Shown: positions 37,074 through 51,249 of the stretch, in pieces | How the letters are laid out: every line of letters begins with the position of its first letter | Position numbering within the stretch: position 1 is the first letter of the stretch | Origin: Lama guanicoe | Lineage: Eukaryota | Reading direction: 5' to 3' | Length of the DNA stretch: 64,000 nucleotides | NCBI GenBank assembly: GCA_013239625.1 | Contig: MU053994.1 | Span: 2,051,589-2,115,588 of the forward strand | The notes under the pieces: generated by a model | What the model was told of the DNA's origin: nothing | The model's database searches: none | What the model saw: the letters and a program-made list of their open reading frames with translations, nothing else | Translations under genes and position numbers: made by a program

Positions 37074-37445
37074 TGTGGTGAACTGAATGTTGGCATCCCC
37101 CCAAATTTCATACGTTTAAATCTTAATCCCCAATGTGCTGGTATTTGGGAGGTGGGGCCTTGGGGTCATGGTTGGGTCACGAGGGTGGAGCTCTCTTGAA
37201 CGGCATTAGTGCCCTTATAAGAAGAGGCCAGAGAGCTAGTTTGCCGCTTTTCTGCCACGTGAGGGTAGAAGGAGAAGTCGGCAATCTGCAACCCTGAAGA
37301 GGGCCTTCCCCAGAACCCAACCCAACCACGCAGATACTCTGATCTTGAACTCCTAGCCTCCAGGACTGTGAGAAAGAAATTTCTGTCGTTTATAAGCCCT
37401 CAGTTTACACCATTCTGTTATAGCAGCTTGAACAGACTAAGAGAG
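37074..37445 (+). mobile_element. MLT1A-type solo LTR
   Basis: GGTCACGAGGGTGGAGCTCTC...ATTAGTGCCCTTATAAGAAGAG...TAGCCTCCAGGACTGTGAGAAAGAAATTTCTG. Confidence 0.8.
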
Positions 37446-40111
37446 GGGGTGACTTCAGCATGAGGGGGAGAGACACCCTCTCCCCCAAACCAGACCCAAA
37501 TCCAAACCCCAAACTCTGAACCTGGGCTTTGGGAGAGGACTTAGTGGGGAGGGGCTACAAAACCTTTTGGGCCTTCTGTTTTTGACAGAATCCTAAGACC
37601 TTTCAGAAGAGGGAGAAGAGTGACAAGGTAATAAATGTTTTAACCTGTCTTTATTTCATCTTTCTCTACAGAAGCAGTTATGAGAGGCATTGAAAAAAGT
37701 CTGAGATGAAAATTACAATTTTTTTCTTTTTTTCTCCCCTCAACTTATTGTTTTGAAAAATTTCAAACCTTATAGAAAAGTTGAAAGAACAGTTTAATAT
37801 ACCCTTTGCCGAGATTCATCACTTATTATTTTGCCATGCTGTTGTTATCTGTGTGTGTATATGCTTTTTGCTGAACCATTTGAAAATAAATTACAGACAT
37901 CATGATAATTCACCCCTCAACAGCCCAGCATACATCTCCCAAGAATAAGAACACTTTCCTGCATAACCACAACACCATTATCACTCCTAAGAAAATTTAT
38001 AATACCCTCTAATTTATAGTCTTTATTTCAATTTCCCCATTGACTCTATATAGTGAGAGAAACCACATCAGTGATTGCCTGGGGTGAGGGGAATGTTGGA
38101 AGCAAAGAGGCATAGGGGAAATTTGGGGGGTGATGGAAATGTTAGGTTCTTGATTGGGGGTGGTGGTTACATGGGTGTAAAATTGCCAAAACTCATAGAA
38201 CTGTGCATTTAAAATAGGTGTCTTTTATTGTATGTAAATGATACCTCAATGAGATTGATTTTAAAAAATTTCCTCAGTAATCTCAAAAGTGTTTTATAGC
38301 TAGCTATTTTCCCCCTAATCTAGGATACTATAAAGGTTCATGCATTGGGTCGTGTATGTTTTGTCTCTTGAATCTTCTTGAGTCTAGAACATTCCCCCTG
38401 CTTTTGTTTTTCATGGCAGTGCTTAAAAAATAAAAATGAAAGTAAGCCAGTCCAGTTGTCTTGCAGAATGTCCCACATTCTGGATTTATCTGTTTCCTCA
38501 TGATTGGATTTAAAAGATTCCATGTTTTGGAAAAGAACACTGCAGAGGTGATGCTGTGTCCTTCTTATTCATCACAGAGAGGCACATGGCGCCAGTCTGT
38601 TCCTCTACTGGCGAGGCTGGCCTTGTACATTCCCTGAGTCGGCCATTTCTTCAAGCAATGCCTGGCTCTTGATAGTGGAGAATGGTATTTAGAAACCAAG
38701 AACTTGGTGCTGGATGTGCTCATTGCTACTGGAGTATCAATGTTTTCTTAGGTCCTTTTAGTGGGCAGCAGAGCTTGGAAATCTGCATTGTATTTGTTTA
38801 AATATTGAGTTGACAATTGAAATCCAACATCACTGGTTTCTTTCTCCCTTTTGCATTCTACATTCATATCTCCCTTCTGACACAGAGGTTCCTAACCCTA
38901 CCGATATATTTATCGCTGGTTCCAGCTTACAATGCTTATAAAATACTTTCAACAAAGTACAATTTCAATACAAATATCACTACAGGAGATCTGCTGAGTG
39001 AAGTTCAAGGTATCTTTGCGGTGATTTTTGTCCTTAGAATACATTCCACTAAGGATGTACAATCTGTGTGCTGTGTCTAAAAGTGACTTAGCCTAATTCT
39101 TTTCTCTGTGTGGTAATGTAATCGATGAGATACAATGTTTCATTTGTTCCTGTTTATATTCAAATTCAGTATTTGCCCTTATTCAGCTATTTTCATTTTG
39201 GGGTTTTGAATATTTACACCGTTAAAAACTACATAATAGGCGTACACAGAGTCTTGCCCCATCCCTGCCTCTCTGGGTTTTTGCCATAGCTTCTCTCTCT
39301 GCCAGTTTTCCCATTGAACAGGTCACCACCAGACGGTAGAGATAAGGAAACCGAATCTAATCTGCAGGAACTTGCAAATTGTGTGTGAAGAGACAGGATC
39401 ACCTCAGGGTTTTGTTGTGTGTGTGCGTGTGTGTGTGTGTTTTAAGAATTTATTTATTTATTTATTTATAAACACAACTTTTTAAAAAGAGGAATCTAAG
39501 CATTTATCTAGTGCCTACTACCTGTTGCGCACCGTGCTTGGTGCTTTTCTCATCCTCATAACAACTCTGAAAGACAGGTTTTGACGCCCATTTAAAAACC
39601 ACAGCAACAACAACGACAAAAACCTCTTTTATTGTAGAAAAGTTCATATATACCCAGAAGTAGAGAGGAGTCTAGTGCAAATAAATCCCCTGTACCAATC
39701 ACTCCTTCCCCTTCCTCCTGGGTGATTATGATGCAGAAATCGCCGATATCCTATCATTTCATCCGTAAATTTTTGAGCATATATTGCTAAAAGATAAGGA
39801 CTCCCCCCTCCACGCCCCAAAATACTCTGTTCCTATTTCCCCTGGTTTTCACAAATATTTTGTTTTTTTGCTTATCTGTCCAAATCGTACTCTAAGATCC
39901 ATATTTTGCAATTTTGGGTGTTTCTAAGTCTCTTTGAGTCCATAGGTTCCCCACTCCATCTATTTTTCTCCACTTACCATTTATTTGAAGAAACCGAATC
40001 ACGTGCCTTATAGAACCCTTATAGTTCGGTTTTTGCTGAATACATATCCATAGTGTCCTAACATGCTCTCCTGTCCCCTGTGTTTCCTGTAAATTGTAAA
40101 TAGTTCTAAAC

Positions 40112-40418
40112 CTGCACTGTCCAGTATGGTAGCCACTTGCCACAAAGCTACTGAGCACTTAAAATGTGGCCAGTCCAAACTGTAAAGGGCTGTAAGTGTA
40201 TACATCAGATTTCTTTCAAAGTTTTAGTGGAAAAAAACCCAAGTGAAATATTTCAGTAATAATGATTTTTCTATTGATTGCATGTTGAAATGGTAGTACT
40301 TTGGATATACTGAGTTAACATCTAAAAATTAGTTCCATGGTTTCTTTTCACTTTTTAAAATGTAGCCACTAGAATATTCTAAATTGCATGTGTGACGTGT
40401 TTCTATTGGGCAGCACAG
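40112..40418 (+). mobile_element. MER33/MER3-like hAT-Charlie MITE
   Basis: Degenerate TIRs GCACTGTCCAGTA / TATTGGGCAGCAC, internal TACTGAGCACTTAAAATGTGGCCAGT. Confidence 0.7.
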
Positions 40419-40822
40419 TTCTGGAGGCTCGTCAGTTTTGGGTTCCATTTTTTGACAAGACTCCTTCATAGGAGGTGAAGCGTTTGCCTACCAGGAGCCT
40501 CAGAGTGCCTGCTTGTTCCTTTTCGTGTTTTCTATTTTTGGTAATGTTGGCATTCGTGAATGGTCATTGCCTAGATCCACTATTTCATTAACGGTTGTGA
40601 AATGGTAACATTCTATCATTTCTTCTTGTATTGGCTGGAATACTGTTGTAAAGCAAAACGTTTCCTTTCATACAGGAAAGGCAGGGAAATGCTTCATTTT
40701 ACCCCTTTATTTGCCAGTTTTCAAATGATGAGGTTTTCCATGACATCCCTCCAAAGAGATCAATGGGTTTGCTGTTTTATATACCATTATAAACTCATAG
40801 ATTTGAACGTATTTCATGTTTC

Positions 40823-41186
40823 CAGTAGTCCCTCCTTATCAGTGGGGGATATGCTCTAAGACCCCCCCCCAACAGATGCCTGAAACTGCAGACAGTACCA
40901 AACCCTATATCCAGGGGCTGCGATACAGTGACAGTTGATCTAATAACCCCGTCAGCTATTAAATGACTAACGGGCAGGGAGCATATACAACGTGGATATG
41001 CTGGACAAAGGGATGATTCACGTCCTGGGCAGGACTGAGCAGGACTGAGCGAGATTTCATCATGCTACTCAGAACAGCACACAATTTATAACTTATGAAT
41101 TGTTTCTGGAATTTTCCAATTTTTTTCAGACCCTGGGTAACTGAAACCTTAGAAAGCGAAACTGTAGGTAAGGGCAGGGACTACCC
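40823..41186 (-). mobile_element. MER44 (Tigger7-derived) MITE
   Basis: TIR CAGTAGTCCCTCCTTATC / ..AAGGGCAGGGACTAC, internal GCTGGACAAAGGGATGATTCACGTCC and GAGATTTCATCATGCTACTCAGAA. Confidence 0.75.
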
Positions 41187-44100
41187 TATATTCATTGCAG
41201 TTATCTCATTGATGCTAAAAGTGGCCCAAATTCATCCAGTAGGGGCCCCTCCACGTTGGCTGTTAAGTCTTTCTGATCCAGCCCCATCAGCTTACTGTGT
41301 ACATCCACACACCCTGTCAACCTTTACTGGAATCAACCATTTCTCAAAGGAGCCTCAATTCTCTTGGTAGGAAAAGGTATTTAGAAACCAGAGTCTGGGA
41401 GCTAGTGGTGCTCATTTCTATTGGTCATTGTTTCTAGGCATTTTCAGTGGACAGAGCTAGGAGACTTTTTTTTTTTTAAATAAAATTCATCATGAGCTCA
41501 GTGATACTTCTAATTCAAGACCAAGACTACACAACTTTGCATCTCCTTTCTCCCATGCTGAAAATCCCAGTTCTCTACAATTGCAAATACTTTTTGCTTT
41601 CTCTCACAACACAAACAGGAGATAGGACTTGTGAAAACAATCTCACATGTTGCTGCACTTTCTAGTCCTTAGGGTGAGGGATTATATAATCACTTTATTG
41701 TGTTTTAGTCACTTGAAATAGTTAGTCTACCAACTCATAATTAGGTTTGCTTCATTTACTTTTTGATTTGCCGTTTCTTTTGGTTCATAATCATGTAAAC
41801 TCTAAAGTCCAATTAGTATTTGAAAAACATTCAGAGAAGTGAAGCTTCCATCCCTTTCCCACGCAGCTTGGTCTTCTTTCCCCAGAGGTAATCATTTTTT
41901 CAAAGATGTCTATATTTTCATTTTTTTTTAAATAAAACACCGATGTGTATATGAGTAATTTCCCCATCCCCTTCTTAAATGGTAGGAAATGTGCATACTT
42001 TTCTTCACTTTGTTTCCTCATTTAATGACATACCCTGAAGGACACTAAAGCAATTTTTAGAGAGCTGGTCCTCAGCTCCTCGTACACTTGCATAGTACCC
42101 ACCGTGCGGATGTACCACTGTTAACGTTAAACAGGGCCTGCCCGATGGAGATTTGGGTGTTTTCAGTCTTTTGCTGTTACTCTATCGGGCCAGTATGACA
42201 AAGCTGAAAGAGGCACATGTCCAAGTGCACACAGATAGTAAGCACATGAAGATTAGATTTGACAGGAGTAACAGGAAAACTCAAAATACCAATGGTTTCA
42301 ACAGAATTGTTTATTTTTCTCAATAAATCGGAGCAGGGCAGGGCGGGGCATGGTAGCTCTGTCCCACTAGGTCCTCAGGGACCCAGGCTCCTCCAAATGC
42401 ATGGAGTACTTGACTTCCACGCTTCATGGTCCAGGGTGGCTGTTGTGGCTATAGCTGTCACAGCCACATCGCAGCCAGGACGGAGGACAGGACAGAGGGC
42501 ATGCCCTTGACCTTTAGAGACACCTTCAGAAGTTGAATGAACCATACTTGCCTCCAATGTGGTGAGCAGGATGGGTGACTCTATAACCCGGCATCCCTCT
42601 GTAGTCAGCGCGTTCTCATTCACTCACCACGGAGAGCTCCCCTACACCGGGGGATGTGGTCTCTACCTGGGCTCCCTCTACCCTCATGGGGGGTTCGGGG
42701 GTGCTTATACACCCATGGTACCTCCTCTTTACCCACAGGGAGTTCCCTGACAGCCTAACCTTTATAGGTCATGGTCAGCTCATCTATACCCTGGGTCAGT
42801 TCTTTAGTTCTTTTTGGTCCATGTTTTCAAACACCCTGATGGATCTTACAATAAGTGGTCTAACCTGCCGATAGCTCCTCCAACTGTATGAACCACAACC
42901 TTAAATGTCTCCTACACCAAGCTCATTATTTCCTCTGTTCCCCTTAAACCTGTGTCTCCCACCTGTTTTCTTGGCTTAATTAATACAATGACCTTCATTC
43001 AGGACAGAACCTTGGTTGGCCTCGGGGCCCTCCCTTTACCTCCAGCTCGAATGCAAATACAAAGAGCCAAGTGCCCTGGAGTTATTCTTTGCTTTAATTT
43101 GGACTCTCGGGAGCCCCTTGTTGGCTACAGGAGCTCAGGCTCACCGGTGCTGTTTTGCTTAAATCATTTCTGCAGGTCTGTTTTACTGGTCTTGCAATTT
43201 GCTTTTTCTTGATCCATTCCCATCTGCCGCTTGAGATGACTTCCTGAGAAACAAAAATTCAGCCAACTATTAACACTGGTTTGAATCCTGGAGTGGGGAA
43301 GGGGAGGAGGAAGGGTTGGCTTGGGATGATAAGAACCTCTATTTCTGAAATGCTTGGATTTTTTTAAACAGTAAAAAGCATTTTTTTTAATAATCAAAAA
43401 AATAAATCAAGCACATTTGTTGGCTCCCTTTTGCCTTCAGGGTGCACCCCAAACTTCATTTGGTACTCCAAGTCTTTGCCAATATTGGGCTCTCTCTCTC
43501 TCATTCCACATCTGTCAGTGCTGGATTTTCCTGTTCCCACCTGCCAGGCCACAGTCTGCAGGCCCTCTCCCTCCACGTACTTCAAGACCCCACTCAAGTA
43601 CATCATCTCTTCAGCCACTTCTCTGATCCCAGAGGACCCTTCCGTCTGCTCTGCCTAAGGGTTCTCAGGGTTTAATGCAAGACTGAAAAGCACTAAGGAC
43701 ATTCTGAGCTCAAATGGATTTGATACAAGGAATCAGATGCTTATAAAATCTTTGGGAGGGCTGGAGAAATGTGAGTCAGGGACGACACTGGAACCACTGG
43801 GTTTAAGAATAATCTGAGATTGTCATCCAGGAAACAGAAAGCTGCCACCACAATCATTACTGCTTCTCATTGCCACAAAGCGGGAGAGCCAGTGTTGGAA
43901 GGCTGGTCTAGTCACTCCAATTGGCCAATATGTCCCTGGTCTTTCTTATCAGCAGCCAGTAGAGCAGGAAGATGCCTCTACCTCACTCTGCCTTCCAAAC
44001 CGAACAACCAGTCAGAATCCTAGCTGCAAGGGAGTCCAGAATTCTAGCCTCTGTAATACAGGAAGGAATGAAAAGGATGTAGGATGGAAATTGAATGCCA

Positions 44101-44514
44101 AGTGACAGTACCCAGCAGGGACACTGCTGCAAGAAGTAAGAGCAGTGGAGGAGCAAAGGGGTCAAAGCCACAAGCCTCAACTATTGGGCCAAGCAGATCT
44201 GACTTTGAAGCTAAAAGGTAACAGAAACACATGAGGTCTAGAGGGAGAAGTGACACAACGAAAGCCCTGATTCTAGAAAAGGTACTCCTAAAGATAGAGG
44301 CATCCAAATACATGTCCAGAAATTGAGCTTTCAGGATAGGATTTGACATTGTATTCAGAGTGTAACTCCCCTGAAATCCTCCAGTCTGCTTCGATTTATA
44401 GACACTAAATTGCCCTAACGTTATCTCTAGAGGACTGACCATCAACACCACTTTAGAAAAACTTGTGACAACACTAATGTTTTAGGAACACATAGAACAC
44501 AAGGTACTTCAGTT

Positions 44515-45373
44515 TTCTCCTTTCCTCAACAGGTTTATTGCCTTTTAAGAAAATTTTTGTAAAATATAAATACAAAGGCAGAGAATTTACTTACAAAGTT
44601 AAAACACAGATTTCAAACATAAACACACAATTCAGAAAATTTTAGTTTTATGTACAATTTCAAGCAACCTCAACATATTATGTTAGTTTTCAATATTTTA
44701 CAGGGTACAGAAAAAAATAGCTCAAAGTCTTCTTTAAATAAGAGCATAAAATGTTTAAACATATAAACAATCCGGTTTGATGCGTGAAAACTACTTTCAC
44801 AGCTTTTAAATTAGGATATAAAAGTTTCATACAATTAGTTGTTGTGTGTGGATACGGTTTGAGTTTAAAATTATATTAGACACTACTGGATCACATCCAA
44901 TAGCATTGACCTGGCCCGAGCAGGTACTCTGTAAACAAAACATAAAGTTACAATATCGCCAAGTGCCTTCACCAAACTTCCCCCAAACCAACCACACGGT
45001 TCTGCCTATGTTACGGCCTCTGTCATCGGAGCTTTGTATGAAATTAAGTCAAAGCGTGGAGCTCCTTTTCCTCATTTGTTTTTCCTTAAAAAAAGAGAAG
45101 AAAGAAATGTTCCAAGTAAAAACAAACATATCCCAAAGCATGTGTGCATTGAAAAGTAAAGAAACGTTGTAACAACTTCGTAAAAACTGACTTAAAAGTT
45201 TAAAAAGAAAAAAACATGTTTCTAAGTCCTTCCGACTGGAGTCATTTCTCTTATATAAAGAAGAGATATTTTCATATGTAATAGTGTCCTTTCTTTACAG
45301 AAATAGTCGTATTATGACACATATGCACAAGGATTAACACTATGACACACTGTACACCGTGGGCCCGGCGAGC
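44515..45373 (-). other. BCOR: BCOR 3' UTR (AU-rich)
   Basis: AT-rich, repeat-free stretch between the stop and the poly(A) signal. The 3' end is approximate. Confidence 0.8.
44534..44539 (-). terminator. BCOR: Poly(A) signal AATAAA of BCOR
   Basis: tttatt on the + strand. A GT-rich element (CTTGTGTTCTATGTGTT) follows downstream on the minus strand. Confidence 0.8.
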
Positions 45374-45730
<357 letters not shown>

Positions 45731-46806
45731 CTACCAGTCCCTAGCTTAAACAAGGGACTGTTACTTCTGCTTTGATAATGGCGCCACTCCCCCCGCCCCC
45801 TGCCATTTCTCACCGTACCCAGGAGAGATCTACTTCTGGGGGGGACTCTTTGACTCATCAGGATGTGCTAAGTGACCATCTAGGGAGGATCAACCGACTT
45901 AGACAAGAGCGGGAGCGGCACCCCTCCCCCAGGCTGCTTCGGTGCCGCGGGTGCCAATGGAGATGGACGAGTGAAGACTTGTTCAGTCGGTTCTGGCCAC
46001 AACTCAGGCCACCCCTCTTCCAAGGGACTGCCCTGCTGTCATCACTGGGGAAAACCTGTCTGTCTGCCGACCTGAGAGAGGTCACAACCCCTCGGACCCT
46101 CGGGGAGAAAGCACTGGAAACACTCAAGGGCAGCTGGCTTTCCTTTCCTTGCCCACCCCTCAATGCTGTGGGGAGTGATGCTTTTGAGAAAGAAGGTAGT
46201 ACGTCCATTCCATGCACCCTACCCAACTCGGCAATCTCAGGTCTTCAGAGACCGTCCCTGCAAAGGGAGACACACGTTCATAGCCTCAGAGCCCAAGGAG
46301 AACGCCACTCAGTAAGCACTGGGGTCAACACACAGCAGAACACAGTCTCCTGACATGTCCACTCCAAGGGACTGGTCACAGGCGTACGGTGGTCCGACCA
46401 TGGGGGCAAGACTGGATCTACCAAATGTGATGACACAGCTGCCATGTAATGCTTTTCCTAATCTCACACGAGAAGAGGGTGTCTATCAGTGTTGTCCTCA
46501 AGTGCCCTGGAAGGCTCTATGGTGGCCTCCTGGGGAGGATCCCTTCCCCAAGAGTTTAGTGACTGAAACTGTGCAATTCCAGGCACTGAACTTCCACGTC
46601 CTTGGGGCTCTGGGGGTGTGTTCCGATGAGGGCAGTTATGCCGTACTGGGAGCCCGCCTCCACCCCCAACCCACACCCACCTTTCCTGCAATACGTGATG
46701 TGGGCGGACACCTGCTGAGGAATTTACCCCCCCCACCCTCATCTGCTAACTCCCATCACCCCAAGAGCTGCTTGGCTGGCTCTCAGCTACACGACAGCCA
46801 TACTCA

Positions 46807-46992
<186 letters not shown>

Positions 46993-47171
46993 TCAGTAAA
47001 CCACAGCACGATTTCAGCCGCTATCAAAAAAGGACCCTTGAACAATTCTTTCCCAACTGAGCCCTGCTTACAGCACCCCTCGGCCCACCTCCACGGCTAC
47101 CCCTCCCCCCCAAGAGGGAAAGGTTCTGTAACTCATTCACGTGCCGCTGAACTAAAAACAACGTTGCTCAC

Positions 47172-47249
47172 CACACACAGAGCTGCCGTAGAAGTCCCAA
47201 AAACCATTGGGGTCATCGTCACTGCGACCCTGCAGGTCATTTAAATAAT
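47172..47249 (-). CDS. BCOR: BCOR exon 13 (78 nt; [26 protein letters not shown])
   Basis: Read directly. TCTCTCTCTCCAG acceptor, donor G|GTGAGC, phase 1/1. Confidence 0.95.
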
Positions 47250-47656
47250 CTGGAGAGAGAGAGAAAGAAACAAGATAACACCCGCTGGCGAGAACCAAAT
47301 GTTGGCAGAGTTCGGGGACATCTCACGTTGGGGCTGGCACGGGGCTTCCCTGACAGCTCTCCCTCTGCACATTTCTCCAACTGTCTCACGAAAACCCGCT
47401 GACCTGTTGGCCCGGCAGCCTGAGGGACAGCCGCCCTTGCTGCCCCAGCCCTCGAAACAAAAGCTAGCCTGGCAAGCTAAGAATTTTTCAGCCCTCAGAG
47501 GCAAAACTCCAGTTTGGACCTCTTCTTGGAGACGAACTTCACACTGCTCTTCCCAGTATGTGTAACGCAGAGTAAACAAGGCGGGGCTGGGTGAAATGGT
47601 GGAAAGTCACCATCTAGACGCTTGAATAAGTGCACATTTCTTGAACTTTGTCATAC

Positions 47657-47802
47657 CTGTTAAGAACTTCTCCATAAGTTCGCTGTGGGTCATTTTCATG
47701 ATGGTTCTACCTGAGTACGTAGCCAAAGTGGGGTCAGCACCATAGGAGAGCAGCAAACGGACGATTTCCAAGTGATCGTTCTCGACGGCATCATGGAGAG
47801 GC
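47657..47802 (-). CDS. BCOR: BCOR exon 12 (146 nt; [48 protein letters not shown]), ankyrin repeat
   Basis: Within ORF 47607..47978. Acceptor CTAG|G, donor G|GTATG. Confidence 0.98.
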
Positions 47803-48775
47803 CTAGGGGAGGCGCGGGGGAGGGGGGTCAGACTTGTGGACACGATGCTCGCCTCCGACGGCAGAAGGCAAAATCGGGCGTATGTATGTGCCCAGCCTGG
47901 TAGGCGTGATACTTCATCAAGGTGTGCGGATGGTCGGGGAAACTGAGGCACGGAGACTGGCCCACAGTCGGGAGACAAATTACTGTTTTCTATACTTAAC
48001 CCTTTATAGGGCAGGTAAAGGGACTATTTCAGGCCTAATTCTCAAATGCAGCTCTATCTTTAACCCAGGGCCTAAGGAGGAACTCATGCTATGATGAAAA
48101 TGTTTTCAATGAACTTAAATAGTGGCAGACTGTAAGAAGAAAGCTTACAGAGTGAAAAAAAGTCCCAGCATCATGGAAGCTGATTTTTTTAAAAGAGACA
48201 CTAGCGGTAAAGTGGAACTTCTCCTGAAAGCAACTTGGAGATTAAGGATCAACCCTCTGGCCCAGAAGCAGTCACCAGAGCGAATTCTCAGGAGGGTACG
48301 GAATCCTCCCACCCGTGACCTCTGGGGTCGAGATCGCTGCCCACAGTCCCATCCTGAGAGAATGGAAACCACGAAACACCAAATACATTTCAGTTTTGCT
48401 AATTTTATGACTGTGAGGAAAGCCCTAGTGCCCGGCCCTCCTGGTAGCATCCAAGGCATACAACCAGGAAGATGCCGGGACTGACTCAGCCCTGGGCCTC
48501 TGACCAATAAACCGAGGTTAAGGACAGGGTGGAACCAGACCCGGGAATGTGGGTGTGTGCGACAGGCCCTACCAAGCCAGTGGCTGCTGGCCCTGTCTGT
48601 ACTCCTGGGACTTCCCACTCACGTGTATTTCAAATACTGTGATTTAACGGATGCTGATGAAGAGTCCAGGGTCTTAAAAGACAACACCTCCGCGCCTCTG
48701 GGGCTTCCTGCACACCCTGAGGACCACTGCCTATGCCCCAGCAGGGCCAGGCTGACAGTGAGACCGGTCACTGAC

Positions 48776-48942
48776 CTGGTTCCATCCTGGGCGCTGCAGT
48801 TGACATCGGCGCCATATTCCAGGAGGTGGCGGACAATGTTGAGCCACCCCCGGGCACAAGCCTCATGTAGGGCACAGTAACCCGCGTTGTCGCGATGGTT
48901 CACGTCACAGATCTTGTTCTCCAGGCAGTACAAGACCACTTC
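48776..48942 (-). CDS. BCOR: BCOR exon 11 (167 nt; [55 protein letters not shown]), ankyrin repeats
   Basis: Ankyrin consensus (ALHEAC...[13 protein letters not shown]). Acceptor CAG|GAA, donor AG|GTCAGT. Confidence 0.98.
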
Positions 48943-51249
48943 CTGTGGGGAGAGGAGACGGGACGCCATGAGACCACCAAGCAGTGAACTTCGTAAAGGG
49001 GACCTTGCCAGAGCTTGGCAGTGCCTACTTTCAAAGGCATACATCCTTCGGTCCAAGAGCCCCACTACGGCAGGGAGAGGCGGTGGGCGTCTTGGTGAAG
49101 GGGCAAGAGTGAAGAAGGGCTTGGTGATGCAGACAGCATCTTCTAGGGCCCTGCTGCCCCAGTGGCCTGGTCCTGGGCAAGTTGCCCGTAACTTCTCTCC
49201 AGGCCTCCATATGGCGGCTGAGAAGACACATTCAGAGAGCAATGGAAGCCCTCAGCCCAGGGGCTCGCCTGGCTAGTACAGAGGCATCCCGGCTGCTAAC
49301 ATCTTAGATGACACATTGCCAAGTGCAGATCAGTCTCACTTGATGAGCCCATTCGGGAGGTGTCAGGGATGACAACACAAGTTTAGGTACGAGTATGGAT
49401 GATGGATGCTTAAAGAGAGATTAAATCAGCCGGAGAACATTCCTCAACTTAGAATAGGGATGCCCAGGTTAGCCAGGTCCTTGGGCCCTCGTCAAGACCC
49501 CGAATCTGAGCCTGGGCTGCAAATGCTCCTGTTTGTTGTTAAGTTGCTTTAAAGAGAGGCTCTCTTTCTCCATCCTTAAGAAGGACATGAAATGCTTTGA
49601 ACAACCCCGCCCTCTGTTTTACCTCACTCCACCCCACTCGGGCCAGAATCAATCTAATATTTTCATATTTACTGAAGTTAATGACAGGGATCTGATATAG
49701 CATATACCGCAACCTACACATTTCCAGACCCAAATAAAACAAGTCTAGCCTTCCTCCTCCTCAGAAGGTGTTCCGTGTGTCAACAGTTTGCATTAAAATC
49801 ACTGTTATTAATCTTGCTTCTTTGGCGTGTTAAAATATTAATACAAACTGCTCCCAGTAAGCAGAGCAGTAATTTATTCGATGTTTTATTACCTTGATTA
49901 AGAAAGTTTTCAAACACAAAGAACAGCATTTGCCGCCAGAAAACACATTATACTGTTTTCCTCCGAGTCTGCAGGTGGCCTAACACGTGGTCCACTCGGT
50001 AAGGGGGGACAGGATGGGGTCAGGCTTCCTTGTGACAACTCTTAAGTAACTCATCTCTTAAACCTAAAATGGGATTCATTCCAGCCACCCGTAGACATGA
50101 AATAGGCTCTGTCAAACCTTTTATGGCCTTTGGAAGACATGCCAATCAAAGGTGACCGCTCATTTGGGAGCGACCTAGAACGTCCCATGTGCTCACTTTG
50201 GGAACCTAACATGGCGTGCTGGTAGACCTGGCCATCTTCAGCTCCCTTCCAAAACAAGAGGACGGAGAGAGAAGGCACGTCTACAAATGCATTTCTTCGT
50301 TCAGATCCTAACCTGCCAGAAAGCCCACAATCCTCTGGGCTCCCAGGCCACCTGCCCCAAGCCCTTGTATCCACGATACCGCATGAAGCTGCTGCTCTTT
50401 TAGCAGGCCCTCACTGGCCAGACTCGAGTGGACGGTGGCAAGCTAACGAGTTGTCTGCCCCAGCCAGGGAGAGGCCCTGTCACGTGGCTTGGGGATCAGG
50501 CCTGACCGCCACCAACTGCTGTGCACAGATCAATTTATCCAGGCCCGCGGCCTGCCTGATGTTCTATCAACTCAGGGTTTATTTGCTCTGGCAATGAGGG
50601 CCTTCACCTGGAAACCCTTATCGCTACGAGGGCTGATTTGAGGGTACCAGAAATGAAAGGACACCCAAGCTGATGGGTAAGTCAACCCTCTTCTCCTGGA
50701 AGATGGCAGCAAAGGCGGGAGGAGCCCAGCGGCCAGGTTAGACTTTCTGTCATGGGCTGTCCTAACTCAGCCGTGTTACCGCTACCTACATGGTGCTTCA
50801 CAGTGCTGCTCCTCCCCCTGGATGAGTGTGTCCTCTGTCATCCCACAGGAACCCAGGAGATATCAGGAAGGAAGGTAATACTGTTCACACTCAACACTGG
50901 GGGAAATTGAGGCCCAGAGAGGTGAAACCCCAAGTTCAATTAACACGAAGTACTAGACCTCTACCTCAGGTCTTTTGGTACGTGGTCAGCTGGGAAGATT
51001 CAAAAGGCCCAAGAGGGACTCAGCTTGAGGGATACAATCTAGCTGCGTGAGCATCCTGCTGGCCCTGTCTGTTGGGGTCAAGTGGCTAGCTACACTCTCC
51101 TAGCCAGGAGGACGATGGCCTCTAAACGGACGGCAACCTCTGTCACCAAGTTAGAGAGAATGGTTAAGAGGCCGGGCAAGTCTGTCTACCCAACCCATTT
51201 CTTGGTTTATTTTCTCCGCTAGAAATGGGAGTGTTTGAAGGGCAGCCCA

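Larger units (their letters stand above)
37745..42180 (-). mobile_element. Patchwork of ancient L1 (L1MC/L1ME-like) fragments with later insertions
   Basis: Recurring old-L1 3' motifs (GAATGGTATTTAGAAACCAAG...GTGCTCATTGCTACTGG) at ~38680 and ~41375, also seen at ~31510. Boundaries approximate. Confidence 0.5.
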
